Below, piece by piece: positions 50,601 through 62,600 of a stretch of DNA of 64,000 nt. Source of the DNA: Styela clava (taxonomy: Eukaryota). The notes beneath the pieces were generated by a model that worked only from the letters and a program-made list of their open reading frames with translations, was not told the DNA's origin and searched no databases. Position 1 is the stretch's first letter; each line of letters starts with the position of its first letter. A program made the position numbers and the translations under genes. Location of the stretch: contig NC_135250.1 in assembly GCF_964204865.1 (NCBI RefSeq), positions 13,020,001-13,084,000 of the forward strand. Reading direction: 5' to 3'.

Positions 50601-53600
50601 TTATATCCAACATACCTGAAAGCATAGAGGCAGCCAGGAAAATCACACAAATTCTCGAATCGATCGATGGTCCGAAGATGAAAAATAATATGGCTTATGT
50701 AATTATCCAGTCTCTTGAATCCATCCTATGATAGAAGGATTATTATGGTAGAAAATATAGAATAATAATTACTATTATAGAAAATACTGAATTTGCTACC
50801 TAATTATCCTTGGGTCTGAAATACTAAACTGAACAGAACCAGGTCTAGTAAGATTTATGAATTTCCAGAGCTTTGTTCTGAGTGAATGGGAGATGGTGGA
50901 ATGAATACAGTAACCTTGAACTGAACTAGAAATGATGAAACATATAAAGAAATCCAACTAGAAATAGTAAAAGAACAGTGAAATAATGTCATGTCATAAA
51001 TTTACAGAATTGTAGTAATTTGGTATTCATTTCCTGGGTATTGCACGAGCTGCATGTGGCCCACGGACCGTATTTTGTCACCCCTGAGACAAGATATACC
51101 TTGCATAGCCAGCATCGTTTTATGGAATTGTTGCTTCCTGTCGAAGTTGGCTTCATAGTATTGCTCCCTGTCGAATTTGGCTTTGCAGTATCGCTTACTG
51201 CTGAAGTTGGATTCATAGTAGCGCCGTCTGGTGCTGATGTCGACTGGAATACGACATATTCATTAAATTCAAATGGACAAATCATCAATTAACTATGTTG
51301 TTTTAAGATCAATATTTTGCTATTTATTTTAGGTATAAAGTATTCCTCTGGAAGTATAGGCGACCAATTTCCATCATTCTATCCATAACTCTTCAAATTG
51401 CATATTTGATCATAATATTATATAACTTTTTAATAGGCTATGTTTTCAGCTATATTAAGCAAAGTAATTATATTAGGCGAAAAACAAAAAAATCTTGAGT
51501 AAACATCTTATACAGTAAGAGCAACTTTTATACTTTTCATTCATCACAATTTCTTAGGAACATATCCATTTCATAACAACCACAGAAAAGATGAAAAAAT
51601 GAAATTAATAAGAGGATGAACTATGTAGTATAGGGCTAGGCAACATTACTAGTTAATCACTTGATAAAACCTCAATTTGAAAAGCTATGAATAAAAAACA
51701 GTTTATTTGCAAAAGTTAGTCAACAGCTAACGTTTATATAATAATAAAACGCACAATGTAACAATCGGGGTCATTATGACGTTATTTTGATAGATATTTT
51801 CAACCAAAATTCATATTCACGAAAGTATAGTCGCAATATCAGCAGAGGCCGGATCCCCCTGAGCTAAACCATCAAAGCAAAAACAGCATGAGGAATTTGA
51901 CTTGAACCAGTTCTAAAATCAAAGAGAATAAAAACTTGCTTCCAATGATGAAGAAGATGAAATTTCATTCTTTTTTGCAGGTGCCAGAGATTGAGCTACT
52001 TTCTTCAAAGCACGCTTGTTGTAGAGATATTGAAGATTTTGAAATTCTGCCCATTTTCTATTGCAAGAAATAATAAAGAATGAAAATATAATATGATAAT
52101 AGATCGTATTGTGGGTTGTAAAATTGAATTTAGAAATTCATCCAAATTCCCTCACTGGTATGAGCCAAATTATATGTGGTTCAATGTCAGAGATGCTGAA
52201 TTGAAAAATTGGCTATGATAAAATCCAGATTCCGGTTTAATAAGGATAGAAAATTACCAAATACTGTTGTTATTGTAATATTGGCACTTTATAATAAAAC
52301 TCATACGAGGATATAGGAATACATATGATAGAAATTTGTTATGATTCAGGTCATGAACCAGCTGAGATGCTGAATTGAAAAATTGGCTATGAAAAAATCC
52401 AGATTCCGGTTTAATAAGGATAGAAAATTACCAAATACTGTTGTTATTGTGATATTTGCACTTTATATTAAAACTCATACGAGGAAATAGGAATACATAT
52501 GATAGAAATTTGTTATGATTCAGGTCATGAACCATGACTTGGGACATCAGTGACTCAACTAGGGACTGACTGATTTAGTAATTTATATACAGCATTATTA
52601 CTGCGATACAGTGGCAGATGCCATGAAATTTGGAGATGTGGCCTGAATAATAATGTGATAAAATAGTATATTAGGCAATTGAGACTTGAATTAACATATT
52701 TAAAGTTGTCAAGACTACTGGTAATTAAGGACTTAATTTGTTTCGCAAGGATCAGAGATGTCCAACACGAATCAAATACATTTGAAATTGCTCATATTCA
52801 AATAATTTATTCTGGGATTCATTTTAGGAATAATTTAAAACGTTTTACTCTTTTAAAATATTTCATATTAAGTTAAACATCGAGACAAAAACTTGTTCCC
52901 ACTCCTGAAGATTTAAATATAAAAAGTTATTCAAAGCAATGTTTATCTAAATTATCATGCAGTGCCAAATTTATTTAGTGCGAATCAACTATATTTAGAC
53001 AAATTTATATGTTGACCATGACAAAAGCCAAAATATATTTTAATAAGAATGTATTAGGCTGTGTCTGAAAATTCGTCGTAAGAAATCACGCAGCATAGGA
53101 AAATCGTAAGAGCATGGATTCAACCACGTCGAATAATTAAAACAAAATTTAGGTCTTGGAAATATACGAGTACCCACCTTCTATTGAAAGTTTCTGGAGA
53201 TTTCATGGCAATTTTTCTAGTAGCTTGTGTGTAAGCAAGACGTCGAAGACTTCTTTTTTCACTGATTGGGGTTTGTGGTGCGATACCCGCTTCCTCACTT
53301 ACATCCATGTCTGCTTCACTCGATACATTGTTATCAGAAAGGACAAAACTTTCATCACTAACTGAATAATTATCATCTACGGGGAGAACAAAACTCCCTT
53401 TTATCGGAGAAACAGATATGTTGTCTGTGGATTGCTCGTTCACACCCGATTGAGGTATTGATTCATAACCATACAACGAGGCATCACTATCATGTATATC
53501 AATAGATTGAGAATCATCTGCACTTGAAAAACTATCAGAAGTCTCCATCGAGAGATCTCCAACACTAGAAGAAACAACTTTGTCTTCTACTGAAATGTAA

Positions 53601-56600
53601 ATTAACAATTTGAGTTTAAAAACAGGGAATTTGTTGAATTGAATTTGTGTTGAATTTGGAAAACAAGGCAGAAAAAATAAAAGTACAACCTAAAATAGAT
53701 TTGTGACATCGAATAATGAATTTTTTTTTCCACGTTATGGACACATTTAATTATGTATATAATGAAACCACCCTACTGACTCGAAACGAGTTCAATTTTG
53801 TCCCTCAATAATCAACAAGCTGGTTTGTTCATTTTGTGACTTTTGGGTATAAACATGACCAATATTGACAAAACGTGGCTGAAGTCATCCCTTTGAATGG
53901 ATTGCTTCATTAAAAAAAATTTGATTTTTCTACATGATATTATTTAAGCTGTTTGTCAGGTGGGTATTCACAATCATGGGTTTAACAAATATTTTACAGT
54001 CTGGCGCTAACAAAAATAACTGAAGCTGTATTGAAACTAACCTTCAGAGTCTTGATCCATTTCACTGGATGATTCAGTAGCTTTAGATTTTTCAACATCT
54101 TTGTCATCTTTTCCAACATCTAAGCTTTCATCTGTTTCTCTTTTATCAGCATTCAATGAATTCAACTCTTCTGGAAAATCTTTGTCACTCTCAGATGTTT
54201 CATCACTACTCGACCGTTGTCTAAATACTTCAATTCTGTTCTGTAGCCTATTAAGCAGAATATTTTCAATTTGAGCACTAACTCCTAGAAATTCTTTTGA
54301 TGTGGAAACATCTGTCCTTGAGCGGTCATGAATACGAAACAAATGGTCGGTTAAGCTCCTCAGATTTGAGAATTTATTAGTGCATAGATAGCATTGGAGA
54401 TCCAAGTTATTCCCGGATGGTGTGACAATGAATATACCTATCTCGGAATCTTTTAGAAATTTTTTACAGCCTGCATTGCCATAAGCATGATTTTCCAATT
54501 CCTCAAAATCTGAGAACTCTTCTAGACATCCAGAACATCTTCGTAAAGCAGATGTTTCCACAACTGAACGAGCAATTTTCAATAGACTAGAAACTGATAC
54601 GATGTGATTTCTTTTCATATGACGTCTAAGAGATTTAGGATGGGCCATGCAACGCTTTTTACACTCTGGCACGAGACAACAATATTTCCCATTGGAGCTG
54701 AGAAAAAATGTCGAAATTAGCTCGTACACATTTGTTTTAATAATGGAATCTTGTTTTCTTTCAAGTTCTTCTCTAAAATATCTAGAATAGAAAATATTAC
54801 TGAAAGACAACCAGCGGATTTGACTTGGTTTGTCGCCCAGAAACTCTTCTGTTGGAAGGGTCATAAAATTAGCCTGTGCACATGTGATTTTAGATGAGTG
54901 CCCTTCCTTGTGCACAGGCTCAGCGTTTTTTGAATGCTTTGATGTGTGAGATGTCAAACCACTTTTATCTCCCAATTTTGAGTTTTTTGTTCGTTGGACT
55001 GATTCTGTGGCATCTGGTGATCGATCTGGAATAAACATTTTTGCTTTCGATTTGTGTTTTTTACGCATGTGACAAGCAAGGGCAAAGCCATTTGCCATGA
55101 GTCGCCCACATATATGACATTCGTTTTTAATACTCTCATTATGGCTAGGCACATCGTTAGAATCTTGTGACGACGATTCAGACAATAAATTTTCTAGAGG
55201 GTTGTTCCTGGAACGATCTTTCTCTGTCTTACGTGTTTTCAATGAAACCTCGTCTTCCGGAGAATTACTTGAAAGTTTTCTAAGGTCAATACTCCTCTTT
55301 AATTTATTTTTAATTTTTTTGGCAACTTGAGATTTTGCTGGACGGGAATTATTTCCAGATGAAAAATGTCTCATCTTTGGAGCTTTTTGCTCTATTTCGG
55401 CAATTTGACCAGCAGATGACAAATCTGATTTGAATTCGGTTCCAACAATTCGTTCAGCATGTTTAATCAAATCAGAGTACTCTCCAACAAATTCTCGTTC
55501 AGATGTAGCAGCATCATGCTTTGAATCAAGACTGTGTTTTCTATGTGATGGTATCTTCCGTTTTTTTCTCTCATCTGTCTTCATGTTTGGATTTTCATCA
55601 TGTTTAGTAGTGGAAATTTGAGCAGAAGAATGCTTAAGCTTTTGCATAGAATCTGAAGAAGTACTTCGACTGCGTTTTTGCTTTTGTGTAGTTGGAGTAG
55701 GTACAGATGCTAAATCAGATGACAATTTATGCAGTTTTTTGTTTGGCCTAGTTTGACTTGTTGATTCGAGTGTATTTACATCAGCCAGTGCTTCTTCAAA
55801 ACTGATGTTTTTATTTGGTGTTTTCTGAGCGACAGACGAGACAGAAACAGTTTTTGGAGGTTTCATAAGTTTCAACTTTTCACTGAAAAATAACAGTGAA
55901 AATCAATTGAATATTCAAAAAATATTTTCAACAAATAGAACCTACTTTATTTAAATAATTAGGATGAGGCCACAGATTGTACCAAGTTCATAAATGATCA
56001 GCATTGTTAATTTTACAATTGCATCAAAAAAAATATATACATAAATTACAGAAAATCTTATAACTTCAAACAAGTTTGGAAAACAGTCTCAGAGTTACCG
56101 GTAAGTATGTGTCGGGAGTTAAATTTTTTATCACAAGTCAGAGCTGGAGTCGTTTTTTTTTTATTTCAATCCGGCTCAAGAAAAGGATGAGACTGTTATT
56201 GCGATTGCCAAATTTTGGATAAGTTTGAGTTCCGATTTGGAAGAATATATGTCCACATTTCACTGTCACATGACTGATTTGCAAGCCTGTAACTGTATCA
56301 AAGCAACATCTTAATTATAGGTAAACAGTGTAACCACATGTTGGAAGATCAATTTCCATTTAATATCACTTGCTGCTATTATAAGCGCAAACGAGTGTAG
56401 TCTCTGCAAATTTTAATTAATCCCAGCCTGGACTGGGTTAGACGATAAAGAAAATTTCAAACAGAAGAAATTAATACCTTTTAGGCTGTTCCACTTCTGA
56501 TCTATCAGTTGTCATTTCTTTTGGATTTTTATGAGAGGTAGAAGAGACTTTGGATTGATATTTTTTCAACGACTCTTTGTTAGGTTTCATAACTTGTACA

Positions 56601-59600
56601 GGTTTAGATACTTTGACAGCAGAACTAGCCTTCAAAGTTTTCACATCAGTTCCAATCTGCACTCCATCTAATGACAATCTAGTCATCACAGTGGGACTTG
56701 AATTTAATTTTGAATTGCATGACGGGTTTTTATCAGTACGGGTGTGGTTGACTTCTGAACTCTGGTCAGAAATATTTGATGGAGTGGATTTTAAAATTTT
56801 CTTAGTTTTTAATTTTGTGGACTTTTTCTTTCTGTTGTTAGCATTATTTTGAATTCCTTCTTCATGTTCTGTTTCATTAACAGAGATGACAGGTGCACCT
56901 GTCTTAGAAGTAAGAGATGCACCTTGATCAATCCTCACATTATTAGATTCCAAAAATGAAAAATCTACAGAACTAAAAGCATCTTCCATGCTGTCGGCAT
57001 CAAAAGGTTCGGACTTAGATGGTTTCTTCGTCAGTGAATGCCAAGAAGTTTGAAGATATTTACATGCAGCATTGTAATTGAAATTTGTCAAAGGATTTTC
57101 AAACAAAGTACGCACACATTCAATCAAAAATGTCCTCGGCTCGGTATTACCACCAGTATCAGATGGCTTATCTTCTATTTCTTCATGAATGAATTCATCA
57201 ACCCTTAGATACCACATTCTGGAGCTGAGCAACATATTATTATCTACCAAAGTCTTGTCGGGTGATTCAACTTTTTCAGTTTCTTTTACAACGGCCTCTT
57301 TCGCTGTTTCAGCCAATGTTTCTGAAACCGTTTGACTCCTCCGATGACGGAATTTGATGTGTGCCACAATTGTATGTTTATGTTGAAAAATGCGGCCACA
57401 ATCGCCTATCGGACATACATAACCAGGATGCCTAATTGATTTTGATTTTTCTGAAGAAATAATCGCCGGAGGTAATGGAGTTGATAAATCATTTACAGGT
57501 TTGACAGAAGATTTCCCTACTTTGTATGTTGTAACTTGACTTTGTTCATCAATTCTCACAGTGGGTGTATCCTTTTGTAGCAAATTCTTTGATTTAGAAG
57601 GAGCACCTACTTTTTTGCCACTTTTTGATTTCCGTTGCCTTCCCAATTTGTGATGTGATGCAGAGTCACTCGAGGATTGCTTCAAGCTTTCATTGAAGTT
57701 TTTCGTGTGCATTGTCACCACACTGCCAACTTCATTTTTCAACAAGTCTTCATCACTTTGTGAATTTGGGAATTTCTTTGTAACTTCTGAATCTACTTCC
57801 ATCACAGCATTCATACTTTCAATTGGAGCAGCCTTTTTACACAATGCCAAATCGTGAGTTTTAGAAATTGTTGACACATCACTCTCCAATGTGTTAGTCG
57901 CATTGTTGTTAACTTCTGTTTTAACTTCTGAGCTGCCAGAAAGCTTTTTATCCATCCCCACTGATCCACTATTTTTGACGAAGCAATCTTTCACTCTTGT
58001 TTTTTCATTGCTTAATGTTTCTGCTTGCACTTCCCCTATTGGTATATCAGCATCCATGACATTTTTAACACTTTCCACAGAACTTTGCCGTAATAATGTG
58101 GAATCATTCGAACTTGTTGGTGAACCATTATCTTCCTCAGAAATTCTTAATTGTGCCTTGTGCAATAAAACCAGATTATCACTTGTACTTGTCCAACGTG
58201 CACTCCTCGTTACACCGAGAGATTTCACAAATGCCCTGAAATACAATTTGTGAATATTTATACAATTTGAAAAAACAACTGAAGATGTGAATAAGTTGTT
58301 TCATTACTGAAAAACCTTATTTTTTACTTTCAAAACTTGTGCTTGCGCTTGTGCAAAAATATAAGCTAGATTGGACCAGGCTTGCACAATATACTGCCCG
58401 CGAGTCGCATCATGTTCACAAAATCTTTTCATGTGGCCTGCGAATTGTTTGAAAAATTTACTTGTCTTACGCATACAAAAATATAGGCGATTGGTGCTAG
58501 AAAGTTAAGTCTAGATAAATTCATCTAAATGTTCGAATTACAATTTCAGGTAACACCCAAGTTGCCCTTTTCCATATAACTTATCTCTAAGTACTTTCGC
58601 ATCCATGGTATGATTTTGGCACTATGATTCTTTCTTATGTCATAATATCTTGTGCGCTGTAAGGAACAAATGTATTGAAGGGCATGCAATAATAACGTTT
58701 GATTGCAGCATTTGTCAAAAAAAATGCAATGACCAAGAAAAAAGGAATGAAAACGGACAAATAAATAAAACAAACAACTGAATGAATATTTATAAGGAGC
58801 TTGTCGCCGGCAAAGATGCCACATGTCGCATTAAAGGCTGGCTGTGTCGAATCAATCATGTATTACACTGTTAATTTGCTATATTATGAAAAATATAACA
58901 CAATACGAGTTATATGATAATAATGATACCTGTGAGCAATTGTTCGTTCATTTGAGTTGTGCACGACGCTCAATTAGACAAACAAACACGACATGGTACA
59001 ATGAATATTATTGTTACAATTGTATAGAAATTATTATATCAAAATTCTTTACCTTATTTCCTCCTGATGCCAATTATGCTTGGATTTGAGATGTGTACAC
59101 AAATAATTCATTCTCCCAGACATAACATTACACAAAACAACAGGACAAGTCCATCCATATCGCTTCTTTTTTCTACTTTTCTTGTGAGGTTTTTCAAGTT
59201 TTATCTTTTTTTCCTGTTCGCAAAATATAACACAATCCATAATGCCATTGTTTTTAAATTTTTTTGTGATAACATATTAGTGACTATCGCCAAAAACATG
59301 GCTGTACAAAATGTTGGATCATTTTCGATGATATATTGTCAAAAATACAGTGAAGTCTTCCTACCCAAAACACTAAGTTTGTCAAATATAAGTTTGTTGC
59401 ACAAAGGAAGAATCAGATAATCCAAAACTTGCGGAAACTATAACAAAAGACGGGAAATGCTGCAAGGCGAAGAAAATCTATGGTTCTCCTATCACTTAAT
59501 AAACGAATAATCTCACAAATAAGATGAGTTGTAAAGAGCGGGCAAATAAAGGTATGGAAAGAGATCTCAACATATCAAAAAATTATAAATACCTTGCATG

Positions 59601-62600
59601 ATTCACACAACTTTTCAGTAGTACACAATTCACATTTTTCAATCGACTTCCATTCAGTGACTACATTATTGTCATCTTGTTGTACTTCAGATCTTGGAGG
59701 GGAAGGTGACTGATCTGCCCCTGAACTTGCGGTTTCTAAAAATTAAAACAGCTCCATCTCAATCACATGGAAGAGTTGAAACGTTAGTTTAATCGGCGGC
59801 TTTGTGGTTAAAGCATTAGACTTAACTATGAAAGCATTGCGGGTTTAAAAAAAGGAGCCTTGTATTTATCAGTGGTAGCTTTTGCAGAGCCTTGGTCAAA
59901 TTACATAAGTGAAGTGAAATAAGTAAACCATTATTAGGAATACAATAGGATTTACATATTTACCCCTGGTGAAAGAGCCTATAAGGCGGCTTAATCATAT
60001 TATGTCAAACCCCGTCCTCTTGTCCAGTTACAAGTCCATGTCTGATATGGGGATTAGTTAGTCAGTTGTTTATTTCAGATGCATGGACTTGGTGATGGAG
60101 GAAGCCGTTACTGACCAGCAGTTATTATCCATCTGAGATTCGAATCTTCGAACCGAACCCACTCAAGTTAATCGAGGTGCGATGGCAAGCGTATTCCTAA
60201 AGCTTAGCAAGATGCACCACACAAACTATCTCACTTTGAATGATTCTTTTATAATAAATTGTTGTGTATCATAAATAAGGTGTGGTATTGTTTTTTTCAT
60301 AAAATCTTGTTAAAATATCAACCGTTCAATTTGAGTATTTCAACTTTTGATTAATAAAAGTCACCATTTGTGTCAGGGCTCTTTCCTTCATTCAGCAGAA
60401 ATGTAACATCTTCAGGCGATAATTTAGAAAGGCATTGTTCATTAATTTGATTCCAATCAGTCATTTGAATATCAGATCCACTGGGAAATTGTTTTTGTAT
60501 ATAAAGCATCAATTCTGTCCTGAGAAAAGAAGAAAAATGATCATCAATAATCGTATTAGTTCTCGTATGCTACATTATAAAACTATATTACATCAAGTAG
60601 TGACAGTACAAACATATTCGGAGTTAGCAAAACAATAGTTAAAAATCCTCCATTGCTTAACTTCATCCAGTTAGATAATCCAATCCCTTATAGTGAGGCA
60701 ATAGTCTAAAGAATTCATGAATCAAAAGCAGATAGAAGTGAAATATCCCACACACTCAAAATATTGAATAATTACATCTCTTAACAAGATATGCCAAATT
60801 TAACAAAATCTAGGAAAATTTTTCCCAAAAACCATTTAATTCTTTTAAGACATCATGCCCAAAAGCTGTTAGTCATATGCAGATGGGTAATCAAATGTGG
60901 TTAAAATATGAAATTTAATTGTGACAAAAGCTGCTGTTGCATGCAACTGGTAAGACCTTAGCGGAACACAAAGAGTTTACTGAAAAATTGGCAGACAAGC
61001 AAAATTGGGAAACAATAAGCCTTGTGTCAAAACTAAATTTAATCGTAATCTCAACAAATTCCTTGAGTTGTTTTTTAGATAAAACATCAAAATTCGATTT
61101 TGGTTTGGTCGTGGCAGCATCAGGCGGGCCAGATTGAATTAACCAAGGGGCCATATTTGGCCCGGGGGACGTAGTTTGCCCATGTCAGATTCAAAATATA
61201 ACAGCATGGAACTCTGAGGGAATTTGAGGAACTGAAAATTTGAAATTAATTGGTCCAGTAGTTTTTGAGAACAGTGATTTTTCCTGGCAACATTTTAGCA
61301 AAACGAATCATTCAAATTAAAATATATGTTCAAAGGCGTGACAAGAGACTGTAAAATACATACATATGCTTGTTACACTGGGTAAAGCAATATATGGTGT
61401 ATTTCTCAATAATCTCTCATAAATCACATGACTAATATGTGAGTATCTTGCTTCACACGTTTTGTCCTGGTCAGTTGCGGGTCAGTTCGATTCAGTAAAT
61501 AAGGGAAGTCTCTGATTACATGTGTATTGCATTCAAGTAATCAACTAAAGTGGCATTTACATCATTCAATAGGAGATTTACATCCTCGAATTGAAGTGGA
61601 ATAACATAGTAAAATAAAAACATTTGTTCAAGAATTAACGATGGTATAATAAAATATATATCAACCTCAACTCTGTTCCTTTCGCAGAGTCAGTATTCAA
61701 AGGATTATTATAGGCATCTGACAAGCAATAATAAGTGTCGATGCAAGGTTCCAAATAGAACACACACAGGAGACAGAGTCTGCACACCTGAAATAAAATT
61801 ACCCATTAGGAAAAAAAGGAAAATCACATTTAACAATTACAAACAGTGAGTTAAAAATGTGACTCAATTTTAAAATACAATGAAAACAATGAATGACAAT
61901 ATAGTTTCAATACCCAAAGAACATAAATCAATGTTATATTGTTTGTGTGAAATTAATCTTATCTTATTTTATGTTATACATATATGATATTGGAAATATG
62001 ACGAAATTATTACAAAATTGAAATTAGAAATAAGTTTAGCTGCAGAAAATAATTTCAGGAAACTAAATTGTTGAAATAAATTTACCATACAAGTATACAA
62101 CTTACTGTCGATTTGGGAAGCAATTTTGCAATTGTTTCCAAAATTTTTATTTTATTCGAATTGTCATTATCTTCTTCATCAGAAAGAAAACGCAATGCAC
62201 ACATCAATATGTCGACACAAACTTCCCGACTCACATCTCCAATCTACAGAGAAAAAAAATAGTTTCTCAAATTATTTTTTTATCAAAATTATAATTTTAC
62301 AGAGAGCAGTCCCTGTTATATACATATTTCGGGAATTTGCTGCAGTATATTTATTAAAAACAAACACAAAATATCGAAACCATCGAAAATGTAGATATTA
62401 GATTCCTTGAATCGAAATTCAAAAATTCACTGACAAACCTTGAACTTGAAAATAATTCTACTTGCAATGGCATGGTATTTGTGTGGCAAACAAAAGCTAT
62501 ATTGATTTGTTATATATTCAACTATGACTAAATAGAGAACAGACAGTAAATTTCTTGCAGTATTAAATAAACAATTGAGACTTTTATTCTATACCAATAA

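Noticed and set aside
50916-51099. ORF-track extension VYLVSGVTKYGPWATCSSC..., a possible GA donor, or an 11-nt microexon
   Set aside because: A canonical AAG|GTATAT donor after 51100 yields a perfect C-x2-C-x12-H-x3-H finger with the next exon, so the extension is intronic.
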